Source of the DNA: an uncultured Anaerolineae bacterium
Lineage (GTDB): Bacteria > Chloroflexota > Anaerolineae > SSC4 > Amarolineaceae
Reading direction: 5' to 3'
Assembly: GCA_964642445.1 (NCBI GenBank)
Contig: CAZXQZ010000004.1
Span: forward strand, 1-46,136
Length of the DNA stretch: 46,136 nucleotides
The translations under genes were made by a program, and so were the position numbers. Under the pieces are notes generated by a model. The model ran no database searches. It was given only the letters and a program-made list of their open reading frames with translations, and had not been told where the DNA came from. Each line of letters begins with the position of its first letter. Positions within the stretch are counted from its first letter, which is position 1. Positions 36,182-45,211 of the stretch are shown one piece after another.

Positions 36182-37069
36182 TTACAGGGTATCGCCATGC
36201 TGCGCCAGCCACGCTTCCACCGCGGCACGCTGCGGAATCGATTGAAAGCCCGATCCTTCTACGGAAAATGAAGCAGTCACGCCGGCGAAACGCGCGGCTT
36301 CGATGGCCTGACCGGTTTCGGCCAGACGAATCAGAAAAGCGGTGGCAAACACATCGCCGGCGCCGGTGGGATCGGTTTCTGCTGCGGGTCGGGTACCCAC
36401 TGCGGTCATCTCATCGTGCTGCCAGACGTGTGAGCCGCGTGGCCCATAGGTGACGACCACAATGGGGCACAGTGCCCGGTAGACGACCAGGTCTTCTTTG
36501 TGCTGTAAGTCGGCCTCGCTCAAGATGAGGGCCGAAAGTGCGGGCAGCACGATTTCAGCATGGGTCCAGCGCTGCGGCGAGACGACACCCTCCGCATCCC
36601 ACTGGCGCATCCAGCCCTGCGGCACCGCCCCGATGATTGACCCGTGCAGCACCGACAGGAGAGACGGGTCGGCCTCCTGGGCGATGGGGCCGAGCAGGGT
36701 CACGGGGACGTTCTGCCAGGCGGCCGGCAGGTCACCCGCCATGATAGGTGGCGCCACATCGGTCACGATCTGGCGGCGCGTCTGGCCAGTGTACTGGTTA
36801 CGGAACGTCGTCGTGGTTGCCGATGGCAGCCGGTGAACGACCACCTGGTCCCATTCGCCAGTCAGTGGCGTATCAGGGGCCAGGCGTGTCAACGCCCCCG
36901 GGCGGTGTGCCAGGCGATGAGCGGTTATGGCGGCGTAGGAGACGGTCCCACCGAGTGCAAAACCACCGCCGGGCAGCAGATCGCGTGTGACGTTGCCAAT
37001 GGCCAAAAAATCGATCGCTGCGGGTGCGGCTGCGTGCTGCTCAAAAAACATTGCTTGCGTGGGCTGCAT
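36182..37069 (-). CDS. PfkB-family carbohydrate kinase
   Basis: The C-terminal PfkB signature DPTGAGDVFATAF. It ends 19 nt upstream of parA. Confidence 0.75.
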   Translation of the reverse strand: MQPTQAMFFEQHAAAPAAIDFLAIGNVTRDLLPGGGFALGGTVSYAAITAHRLAHRPGALTRLAPDTPLTGEWDQVVVHRLPSATTTTFRNQYTGQTRRQIVTDVAPPIMAGDLPAAWQNVPVTLLGPIAQEADPSLLSVLHGSIIGAVPQGWMRQWDAEGVVSPQRWTHAEIVLPALSALILSEADLQHKEDLVVYRALCPIVVVTYGPRGSHVWQHDEMTAVGTRPAAETDPTGAGDVFATAFLIRLAETGQAIEAARFAGVTASFSVEGSGFQSIPQRAAVEAWLAQHGDTL

Positions 37070-37126
37070 GGTCTCTCGAATTCATGATTGGATTGCTGTG
37101 ATTGTAACATAGGCCGCGGGTGCCAC

Positions 37127-37190
37127 AAAAAAGCGCCGGGGGGTATGGCAGCACATGCATGCTGCCATACCCCCCGGCGCGTCTGGTTGT
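37127..37190 (-). terminator. rho-independent terminator after jag (21-bp perfect stem + U-tract on minus strand)
   Basis: GCGCCGGGGGGTATGGCAGCA and TGCTGCCATACCCCCCGGCGC pair as a perfect 21-bp stem. AAAAAA on the plus strand gives UUUUUU on the minus strand. Confidence 0.6.
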
Positions 37191-37263
37191 GCAGCGGGCG
37201 GCCAGATATTTCACGACGTGGGGTAGTGCGGTGGCCAGGGTCGCCGCATGCGACACGGGGCCA

Positions 37264-38130
37264 TCACTGTTTTTTCGGTACGATGGTCACTTTGCGGTGT
37301 TCGCCTTCGCCCACACTCTGGGTTGTTACCTCTGGATGATCGCGCAGGGTCAAGTGTATGATACGCCGCTCGCGTGCGGTCATTGGTTCCAGGGCCAGGG
37401 TGCGTCCGGTGGCCGCCACACGCTCGGCGGTCCGCTGGGCCAGCTGCTGCAGGGTGCGCTCGCGACGGTTCTTGTACTCCTCGACGTCGACGACCACGTT
37501 GACCCAGCGTTCCAGCTTGTGATTGACCATTAGCCGGGTTACGTACTGCAGCGCGGTCAGTGTTTCACCGCGACGGCCGATCAGGATGCCGAGGTCGTTG
37601 CCGACGATATCGAGGACCAGGGCAGGTTCCTCATTTTTGTCGCGTACGCCGTCGTTTGCATAATGCCCGCGCACCGTGGCTTGCACACCCATCAGGCGCA
37701 GGAGATCGGAGAGCATGCCGGAGGCGACGGCAATAGCATCCTCGGCTCCTTCAGCAGATGGCTGGGCCGCCGGCGGTTTGGGTGCAGTGCTGGGTACCTG
37801 GGCACTGCGCGGGGCAGGGGCCGGTGTTGTGCTCGAAACGGCCGGTTTTGTTGTCGTGGCGGCCGGTGCCGACGGCTTGGCCATTGGCGGTGGTTCTGCA
37901 CGGGGTGGCCGCGACGGTGGGGCCGCCACGGCTGGAGGCTTCACGATGGGTCGTGGAGTCAGCCGCACGCGCGCGTCTTCGGCGCCAAAACCCAAAACGC
38001 CGCGACTGCCTGCGGTGATGACCTCGACATCGACCTGCTCGCGCGTCAGGTTGAGCCGCCGCAGGCCCTCCTCGATGGCGGCGTTCACATTCTTGGCGCG
38101 AACTTCGATACTTTCTGCCTGATTCGACAT
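37264..38130 (-). CDS. jag: Jag/KhpB RNA-binding protein (Jag_N, KH, R3H)
   Basis: The N-terminal Jag domain, an Ala/Pro-rich linker and the C-terminal R3H motif RERRIIHLTL. Confidence 0.8.
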   Translation of the reverse strand: MSNQAESIEVRAKNVNAAIEEGLRRLNLTREQVDVEVITAGSRGVLGFGAEDARVRLTPRPIVKPPAVAAPPSRPPRAEPPPMAKPSAPAATTTKPAVSSTTPAPAPRSAQVPSTAPKPPAAQPSAEGAEDAIAVASGMLSDLLRLMGVQATVRGHYANDGVRDKNEEPALVLDIVGNDLGILIGRRGETLTALQYVTRLMVNHKLERWVNVVVDVEEYKNRRERTLQQLAQRTAERVAATGRTLALEPMTARERRIIHLTLRDHPEVTTQSVGEGEHRKVTIVPKKQ

Positions 38131-38135
38131 AGAAA

Positions 38136-39140
38136 CTACTTCCTCTTCCTACGACGGCGCGTTGGATCTTGGGCTGGTTCAGATGTTTCGGCCGGCGCAT
38201 TCGGTTCGGTGATGAGCGGTGGATCGGCTACGACTGACGCGCTGATGGCTGGCGCTGGTGCGGTTGTTTTGGCACGCGGTATCAAACCTGGAATACGCAG
38301 CGAACCCCAACCTGTCACGGTATACTGCTGAATCATGGCCAGGATATTCGATACGACCCAGTACAGTGACAGACCGGAAGGGACCTGCAGGCTGAAGAAA
38401 CCAAACATGATCGGCATGAACAGCATCATCTGCCCCATCATCGCCTGCTGTGAATCCTGCTGCTGGCCACTGGTTCGCGGCGGTTGGGACATCTTCTGCA
38501 TCATGATCTGGGTAACGACCAGCACGACGGGTAGAATCAGGTACGCAATCAGGAGCCAGATTTGGCCGCTCTGGAAGTATTCGGTGATCCAGCTGAGACC
38601 AACCGCAGCCGACGGAAACGACAGGTCAGGAATCCAGAAGAAGGCCTGGCCCACGAGCTCCCCGGTGTTGGCCAGGTGATAGAGCGCCTGGTAGAGACCA
38701 AACAGGATCGGCATCTGGATAAGCAGCGGTAAGCAGCCGCCCAACGGATTGACGCCCGCCTCTTTGTACAACTCCATCTGCGCCTGGGACAGTTTTTCAC
38801 GATCCTTACCATACTTCTTCTGCAGCTCCTGTAGTTTGGGCTGCAGCTCCTGCGTGGCCTTCATCGACTGCATCTGTTTGCGCGTCAGAGGCAGGGTGAT
38901 CACCTTGACCAGCACGGTGAAGATGATAATCGCAAAACCAAAACTGTAGGGGATGCCAATCGATGCCAGCGCGTCGTTGATCCACTCCAGGATATTGGCC
39001 ATGGGGTAGACCACGAGGGTTTGCCAGAGGCCCTCCGGTGGTGCATTGGGGTCGGTAGTCGTCGGTACACCGCAGCCGGTGAGCAGCAGCATGACCACCA
39101 GCAGTGCGAAAAGAAGGCCGACCGTACGTTTCTTGGACAT
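38136..39140 (-). CDS. yidC: membrane protein insertase YidC
   Basis: The YidC/Oxa1 core helices, and its position in the rnpA-yidD-yidC-jag operon. Confidence 0.9.
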   Translation of the reverse strand: MSKKRTVGLLFALLVVMLLLTGCGVPTTTDPNAPPEGLWQTLVVYPMANILEWINDALASIGIPYSFGFAIIIFTVLVKVITLPLTRKQMQSMKATQELQPKLQELQKKYGKDREKLSQAQMELYKEAGVNPLGGCLPLLIQMPILFGLYQALYHLANTGELVGQAFFWIPDLSFPSAAVGLSWITEYFQSGQIWLLIAYLILPVVLVVTQIMMQKMSQPPRTSGQQQDSQQAMMGQMMLFMPIMFGFFSLQVPSGLSLYWVVSNILAMIQQYTVTGWGSLRIPGLIPRAKTTAPAPAISASVVADPPLITEPNAPAETSEPAQDPTRRRRKRK

Positions 39141-39179
39141 GAAGTGATCCTTGGCGAGAAATGAAAAACTGTGGCCTGT

Positions 39180-39392
39180 TCAGGGTACGGGGTCGAATCC
39201 CCCAGGGTGCCAGGGGTGGCAGCGAGAAATCCGTTTGGCCCCCATCCAACCCCCTCTGAGGACGCCGTAGCGTTCGATGGCTTCGTAGGTGTACTGTGAG
39301 CAGGTCGGCACGAATCGGCAGCTCGCCGGCAAGAGCGGCGAGAGTAACTTTCTATAGATCCGGATCAAAAACAGAGCCAGAGATTTGAACAT
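39180..39392 (-). CDS. yidD: membrane protein insertion efficiency factor YidD
   Basis: 70 aa, with the [10 protein letters not shown] motif. Confidence 0.85.
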   Translation of the reverse strand: MFKSLALFLIRIYRKLLSPLLPASCRFVPTCSQYTYEAIERYGVLRGGWMGAKRISRCHPWHPGGFDPVP

Positions 39393-39410
39393 AACTGCAG
39401 CTAATTTACC

Positions 39411-39758
39411 TCAGGACGTTGCCGGCATCAGTAATTGTGCTCGCCTTAATAAGGTCAAACAGGCCGCTTCGATCTCGTCGAACCCGGCCTGTGACAAGGC
39501 GGGACGGGCAATGAATACCAGGTCCCAGCCGCTGGCAATGGACGGCAGCGCACGGCGCACCGCTTCACGCAGGCGCCGGCGGGCTCGATTGCGCTGCACA
39601 GCGTTGCCCAGCCGGCGGCTGACCGAAAAGCCGAAACGGCTGGTTTCGCTGTCGTTGGGAAGGGCACACAATACCAACAACGGACCTGCCCATGATTTAC
39701 CTTCACTGCGCACCTGTTGGAAGCGCTCTCGCCCACGCAGGCTGTAAAGGCGCTTCAC
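39411..39758 (-). CDS. rnpA: RNase P protein component
   Basis: 115 aa, basic, with the RNR motif FGFSVSRRLGNAVQRNRARRRLRE. Confidence 0.9.
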   Translation of the reverse strand: MKRLYSLRGRERFQQVRSEGKSWAGPLLVLCALPNDSETSRFGFSVSRRLGNAVQRNRARRRLREAVRRALPSIASGWDLVFIARPALSQAGFDEIEAACLTLLRRAQLLMPATS

Positions 39759-39779
39759 CGCCTCTATTCCTTTGCCACC

Positions 39780-39947
39780 CTACTTGGGCGGCATCTTGCG
39801 CCAGCTCAACGTCACCGTCAAGCGCCGGCGTCCTTTGGCGCGACGAGCTTTGAGCACATTACGGCCGTCCGTCGTCTGCATTCGCTTACGAAAACCATGG
39901 ACGCGCAGCCGACGGCGTACTTTTGGCTGCCATGTTCGTTTGGGCAT
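39780..39947 (-). CDS. rpmH: 50S ribosomal protein L34
   Basis: Hand translation of the minus strand gives [45 protein letters not shown]... An SD (GGAGG) lies upstream. Confidence 0.9.
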   Translation of the reverse strand: MPKRTWQPKVRRRLRVHGFRKRMQTTDGRNVLKARRAKGRRRLTVTLSWRKMPPK

Positions 39948-40193
39948 TTTCTATATTCCTCCGGTTTGGGCGAGCCTGGCCGGCACACCGCTTGATATCA
40001 CCACAACCAGATCAATGATCCCGGTCGTATCGATGTATGAATTCAATGCTGAACGTCAAACAGCAGAAAAACGGGGGAGGAAGCCTGTGGCTCCTCTCCC
40101 GTGTCGGCGCCAATTATACCTGGCGTGCCTGTAGGCTGTCAAATTGTGTGGCAATGGGGCGTGTTGCCGCCCGCGTGGGCGGCTGCAAGAACC

Positions 40194-40222
40194 TTGCCAA
40201 GCCACGCCCGTGCGTCTATAAT
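40194..40222 (+). promoter_or_regulatory. near-consensus sigma70 promoter TTGCCA-17-TATAAT upstream of selD
   Basis: -35 at 40194-40199, a 17-nt spacer, and -10 TATAAT at 40217-40222. It lies about 40 nt before the selD ATG. Confidence 0.45.
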
Positions 40223-40263
40223 GCTTGCTGGCGTTACGATTAATCCTACCAGACGAGTGACTC

Positions 40264-41325
40264 ATGTTGACAGAAGACGCACGTGCGCGTATTCGCCTGA
40301 CCAGTTTGTCGAGCTGCGCGGGCTGAGCATCCAAGCTGGCCCCTGAGGCCCTGGCGCAGGTGCTGCGCCAACTCGGTCCGGTTTTTGATGAGCAGGCCCA
40401 CCCCGAGGTCCTGGTCGGCTTGAACGCGCCCGACGATGCGGTGGTGTATCGGCTGTCCCCCGAACGTGCACTGGTGGTGACGACCGACTTTTTTACCCCG
40501 ATCGTGGATGATCCCTACACCTTTGGCGCCATTGCGGTCACCAATGCCCTGAGTGACGTGTACGCGATGGGTGGTGAGGTTTTGTTTGCTCTCAATATCG
40601 CGGCATTTCCCGAAAATCTACCGTCGGAGGTGGTCACGGAAATATTGCGCGGCGGGGCCGAGCAGGTGCGGCGGGCTGGTTCGGTGATTGCTGGCGGCCA
40701 CACAGTCAAGAACCCCGAACCGCTGTATGGCCTGGCCGTCATCGGTGAAGCGCATCCCGACCGCATCTTTCGTAAGACTGGGGTCCAGCCCGGGGACGTG
40801 TTAGTGCTCAGCAAGCCGCTCGGCACCGGCCTGGTGACAACGGCACTGAAGCGGGAAAAGGCCGCACCCGAGCACGTGGCGGCGGTTGTGGCCAGCATGC
40901 TGCTGCTCAACCGTGACGCCGCCCGGGCTGGCCTGGCGGCCGGTGTGCGCTGTGCAACCGACATCACGGGGTTTGGTTTGCTGGGTCACGCCGTCGAGAT
41001 GGCGCTGGGCAGCCTGGCTGCGCTGCGGTTGTCGATGTCTGCCCTACCCCTGCTGCCAGGTGTCCGGTCGTATGCCGAGGCCGGGATGGTGCCGGGTGGC
41101 ACTGAAAGCAACCGGGCATATTTTGCACCGCAGGTGCAGCTCGATCCGGCGTTGACCGTCGTGGACGAATGGATACTGCATGACCCGCAGACATCGGGCG
41201 GGTTGCTGCTGGCCGTGCCGGCCGCCGGGCTGCCCCACTTTCTGGCGGATTGTGCTGGGTCCGGCCAGGCGGTGTGGGTGATTGGCCAGGCCGTCGAAGG
41301 CCACGGCGTTCAAGTTGTTGCCTGA
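40264..41325 (+). CDS. selD: selenide, water dikinase (selenophosphate synthetase) with in-frame UGA selenocysteine codon
   Basis: MLTEDARARIRLTSLSSCAG-U-ASKLAPEALAQVLRQ aligns to E. coli SelD [24 protein letters not shown]. The TGA at 40324-40326 falls at the Cys17 position. VVTTDFFTPIVDDPYTFGAIAVTNALSDVYAMGG matches the SelD core. Confidence 0.85.
40353..40369 (+). promoter_or_regulatory. candidate bSECIS apical hairpin (GGCGCA-GGUGC-UGCGCC)
   Basis: A 6-bp stem with a 5-nt GGU-containing loop, about 27 nt 3' of the UGA. Confidence 0.25.
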
Positions 41326-41358
41326 TGGGTCACCAGGATAAATGCGAGTAGTTCAGCG

Positions 41359-42249
41359 ATGACGATCGAGATTGGCGTTTCGGCCTGGAGTTTTCATGAC
41401 GCCCTTTACGCAGGGCGCGTGACGCAGTTCGACCTGCCCGCGATCTGTGCCCGGCTCGGTTTCGACCATATCGAGTTCAATGACCTCTTTTGGCCGCCGC
41501 CGCCGGGCAGCCGGGTGCGTTATCTTCCGTGGCGGCTGCGTGGCTGGCTGACCCAGCGCGACGTCTGGCCAGATTTTCAGCGCCATTGGCTCGGCAGCCG
41601 GCGCACGCGCCGCCGCCTGGCAACGTTGTGCCGGCAGGCGGGTGTCCGTTGTATGGCATTGACCCTCAACAGCGATTTCACGGGGGAAGATCCGGCGCAA
41701 CGCCGGGCGGCGCTGTCGTATGTGAAGGCAGGGTTGGCGGCGGCGCACACGCTGGGCGCACCGATTGTGCGTGTCACCAGCGACCGCCGCGAGCTGTCGG
41801 ACGACCTGGGACCGGGTGCGGTGGACCGGGTCGTTGACGGACTGCAGCGGGCAACGGTGATCGCCCGTGCGGCGGGTATTCGCCTGGCGTTGGAGAACCA
41901 CTGGGGATTGACCACAGAACCGGAGACGTTGCACTACATCGTGCAGGCGGTCGATTCGCCGTGGTTAGGGGTGTGCCTGGACCTGGGCAATTTTCCACCC
42001 GCACGGCGTTTGGCGGGGGTGGCACTGCTGGCACCGTACGCAATCGAGGTGCATGCCAAGGCGGGGGCGTTCACCGTGGAGGGGGAAGAGACCAGCATCG
42101 ATTACGGCGCCTCGTTTGCGCTGCTGCAACGGGTAGGTTACACCGGGCCGCTGGTGATCGAGTATGAAGGGGACGGTGATCCCGCCGCGGGGGTGCTGAG
42201 GACGCGGGAGCTGATTCGGCGGTATTGGGCCGTGACAGAGACCACCTGA
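41359..42249 (+). CDS. sugar phosphate isomerase/epimerase (xylose-isomerase-like TIM barrel)
   Basis: The LALENHWG and DLGNF motifs of the AP endonuclease 2 / xylose-isomerase-like fold. Confidence 0.7.
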   Translation: MTIEIGVSAWSFHDALYAGRVTQFDLPAICARLGFDHIEFNDLFWPPPPGSRVRYLPWRLRGWLTQRDVWPDFQRHWLGSRRTRRRLATLCRQAGVRCMALTLNSDFTGEDPAQRRAALSYVKAGLAAAHTLGAPIVRVTSDRRELSDDLGPGAVDRVVDGLQRATVIARAAGIRLALENHWGLTTEPETLHYIVQAVDSPWLGVCLDLGNFPPARRLAGVALLAPYAIEVHAKAGAFTVEGEETSIDYGASFALLQRVGYTGPLVIEYEGDGDPAAGVLRTRELIRRYWAVTETT

Positions 42250-42305
42250 AATAAGACCAGAGGAGAGTACGAATAGTTGACATGATTTGTGATGGTCGAA
42301 ACAGC

Positions 42306-42334
42306 TTGACCTGCATTCTGACCTGTGTTAAACT
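42306..42334 (+). promoter_or_regulatory. candidate promoter TTGACC-17-TAAACT inside a 450-bp non-coding gap
   Basis: -35 at 42306-42311 and -10 at 42329-42334. A weak hairpin plus U-tract about 230 nt downstream (42539-42570) could delimit a small RNA. Confidence 0.25.
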
Positions 42335-42699
42335 GTATTCAGGCTGGGGTCAACTGTACGATCGCTAACAGACATCTGCCAGGCGGCGTTTTGACTACCA
42401 CCCAGTGTGCTGGCTGACCCAATGTGGACGCGTTACTGGACCAAGGCGGCTTGCATGGCAGCATCTGTGGTGTCCCTGATGAGCACAATCACATAGACCG
42501 ACTGCACACGGTGTACGGCACGTCGCTTCAGCCACAACGGGGCGACGCGCCCGGCACCGTTGTTGTTTTTCTATGAACCACGCGTCCTTCCTGGAGATCC
42601 CACGAGCGATTTGGGAACTCTACATCGGTCTTCATCTGTTCATCTATAGCCATGACGCAGACGCTGACCGTTACGACGGGATGCGCAGGAGGAGGGCGG

Positions 42700-44100
42700 A
42701 TGCGCTTGATCATCGACGGCATCCTGACAGTTTTGAGTATCTTTGTAGCGCTCAAGCTGGAGTGGCCGGCGTACCTGCTCGTCGTTCCTGCCTACGTGCT
42801 GGCAATGAATATTCACCTGATTTCGTGGGGCACCAAACTCGGCCTGAGCCGGCGCGTCGAATGGGTTTTGGGTGGGTTTGTCATTCTTGCACTCATCTTT
42901 GGCCACGCGTTCTATATGACGATCCCTGAGACGTTTGGCGGACCTCCAGAGACCACAGCCACACCGCTCTACAGCGCCGTTTTCGAACCCGATCGTGTAC
43001 GCGTATTTTGGTCGATTCTGGGTGGCATTGCCATGGCCGCAGCCTGCCTGGGCATACTCCTGGCAGCCATCGCGCTCGCTGCTGGCTTTGCGATGTACCA
43101 CACCTCTCCACAATATCGGGGCCACGAAATCGAAGCGGCATGCAGTGGTTTGAACCTGGCGTTGGGCATCGACAATGGCTACATGTACATCGATAATGCC
43201 AAGATCGAGCAGGTCAAGGAGCCCGATGGGCTTCTTGCCCGCTTTGGTGGGCCGGGTCGCCTGCTCGTACGCCTTGGATACGCGGTCGTCCTGGAGAAGG
43301 ACGGTTTGCCAAGCCGTGTGGTTGGATCTGGATTGACGTTCCTCCGGCCGCTCGAACAGGTCAGTATGATTGTGCCACTGTATGTACGCGGACTGACCGT
43401 TACGATCGAAAACGTCGAAACCAGGGACCGGGCACTGATCGAGAAGTTCGAGTTTCTGGTATTTCATAAGGTCGATCCTGGGCCAAAGGAGCACCAGATA
43501 CTGGACGGCCCGATGGTGTATAACCGACACATCCTGCTCAACCGAATCTGGGCACCCAACGCCGAGGACTGGGTGGGTTTGGTGCGTTCGGTGAGCCAGG
43601 CCGCGGCGCACGACCTGATTGGTCGCTACAAGTTGGAAGACATCATTCCGATGTCCGATACGCAACGGATCAACTTCAAACAGGCACTCAAAAACGAAAT
43701 CAATGGTGTTACCCAGAAACTAGGCGTGGTGATTGCGGTCGTCGATATCGTCGACATCGTGATACCTGAGAGAATCAGAGAACAGCTACTCGATCGGTGG
43801 AATGCCGATTGGGAAACACATGCCCGACTCACTCGCGCCGAGACGACCAACAGCATTTATATCGCCGAAGCGATCGCACGATCACAGACCATTACTGCCA
43901 TTGCGCAAGGGCTCAAATCACTGCTGGGAAACGATGCCACATCCCAGAACCTCGTAGCACTGCGCTACATCGAATACCTGGAACAACGTGCCACTGGTGC
44001 ACCACCAGGCACTGACCATGAGGTCGATACCCTGGTTCAACTGCAGGCTATGGATACTCTGAGGGCGCTGCAGATGAAACCCAAAGACCATCCACCTTGA
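42700..44100 (+). CDS. SPFH/band-7 domain membrane protein (flotillin/HflK-like)
   Basis: An SD (AGGAGG) 6 nt before the ATG at 42700. N-terminal transmembrane helices. The SPFH core is GLTFLRPLEQVSMIVPLYVRGLTVTIENVETRD, with a C-terminal coiled coil. Confidence 0.75.
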   Translation: MRLIIDGILTVLSIFVALKLEWPAYLLVVPAYVLAMNIHLISWGTKLGLSRRVEWVLGGFVILALIFGHAFYMTIPETFGGPPETTATPLYSAVFEPDRVRVFWSILGGIAMAAACLGILLAAIALAAGFAMYHTSPQYRGHEIEAACSGLNLALGIDNGYMYIDNAKIEQVKEPDGLLARFGGPGRLLVRLGYAVVLEKDGLPSRVVGSGLTFLRPLEQVSMIVPLYVRGLTVTIENVETRDRALIEKFEFLVFHKVDPGPKEHQILDGPMVYNRHILLNRIWAPNAEDWVGLVRSVSQAAAHDLIGRYKLEDIIPMSDTQRINFKQALKNEINGVTQKLGVVIAVVDIVDIVIPERIREQLLDRWNADWETHARLTRAETTNSIYIAEAIARSQTITAIAQGLKSLLGNDATSQNLVALRYIEYLEQRATGAPPGTDHEVDTLVQLQAMDTLRALQMKPKDHPP

Positions 44101-44144
44101 CCAGACGAGTGAAGGCATCATCCTGACTGGAACAGGAACAAGTT

Positions 44145-45125
44145 ATGGATTTCGTCCTACCTGCCTGTGAGATTCTCGATCTTCTGCGCGTTGACGGCAT
44201 GTGCAGTTCGAAGGTGAATCAGTCGATACGTTCCGACTTACAACGGGGGCTCTTGGAGGACGCCCGGATCAAGGCACAACAAAGCGTCCATTTCTGTGGC
44301 GATGTCAGCAGCGACGCGGCATACAGTCGTGCCATGGCTCACATGCACGGGGCGATCATTGCACATGCCGCTGGCGAGCTGGAGATTGCGCATCAGGACT
44401 ACCTGAAGGCGCGCACCATCTTTCGCACCACGACGCACCCCGACAGTTGTTGGCACGAGGCGGTGGCCAATCTGGGCCTGGCGTTGGTGGCCAGGGCACA
44501 ACGCCATTGGTCGAACGTCCAACGCTACTGCGACCAGGGTTTGCATACGCTGACGCACCTCGATCACGACCAATCGCGTGTCGATTCGCTCAGGAATACG
44601 TTTGACCGGCGTATCGCTGAACTCCAGAATCTCGTCGCAGAACAGAGCCCGCCACCCAAGGATATCCCGCTCGTGGGCAAAACCGTTGCCGGGGACCCAC
44701 GTCCAGTCGTAGCAGTCGATCCCGAAGAAGCGCAGTGGAACGCACTCCACCTGGATGGAGACCTGTACCGCATCAAAAAAGACATCGAGCCACGCTGGAT
44801 GCTGTCTTTGACCGCGCGCACACCCACCCGATATTTTGCCGTGGTCGTCGATGGCAACAGCATGCTGAATGCCGGTATCATTTCGGGAGACTACGTGATC
44901 TTTCGCCCCCAAGCGGTGGCCGAAAACGGCGATATCGTCATCGTGAGGATCGATTATCTCGATGATTCGCGTTCGACGGTCAAACACTTCTATCGACGTA
45001 ATGGAAAAATCGTTCTCAAGGCCGACAATCCGCACTATGAACCGCAGGAGCTGGTGTTCGATCAAAATGATCCAGGTGTAAACATCGTGGGAAAAGTTGT
45101 GGCCATTGCTGCGCGCAAACCATGA
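44145..45125 (+). CDS. LexA-like S24 self-cleaving peptidase with non-canonical ~170-aa N-terminal domain
   Basis: IPLVGKTVAGDPRPV aligns to the LexA cleavage region LPLVGRVAAGEPLLA. The Ser nucleophile lies in VVDGNSM and the Lys in STVKHFYRRNGKIVLKADN. The N-terminal region is helical with no evident wHTH. Confidence 0.7.
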   Translation: MDFVLPACEILDLLRVDGMCSSKVNQSIRSDLQRGLLEDARIKAQQSVHFCGDVSSDAAYSRAMAHMHGAIIAHAAGELEIAHQDYLKARTIFRTTTHPDSCWHEAVANLGLALVARAQRHWSNVQRYCDQGLHTLTHLDHDQSRVDSLRNTFDRRIAELQNLVAEQSPPPKDIPLVGKTVAGDPRPVVAVDPEEAQWNALHLDGDLYRIKKDIEPRWMLSLTARTPTRYFAVVVDGNSMLNAGIISGDYVIFRPQAVAENGDIVIVRIDYLDDSRSTVKHFYRRNGKIVLKADNPHYEPQELVFDQNDPGVNIVGKVVAIAARKP

Positions 45126-45211
45126 GGCGCATGCGGTTGTTGTACATGGCCACGATACGCCAGCGACCGTAACAATCACCATATTCGTGGGAGGCATCTC
45201 CAGGAGGTCTC

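Noticed and set aside
39185-39215. tRNA-like T-arm (GGGG-TCGAATC-CCCC followed by ...GTGCCA)
   Set aside because: It lies inside the yidD coding sequence, where the complementary strand encodes ...[12 protein letters not shown]. No complementary 5' acceptor or anticodon arm exists within 90 nt. It is a coincidence of GGFDP codons.
42470-42500. CUGAUGAG hammerhead-ribozyme core motif
   Set aside because: No appropriately placed GAAAC or UH cleavage site, and no stems I, II or III can be drawn.
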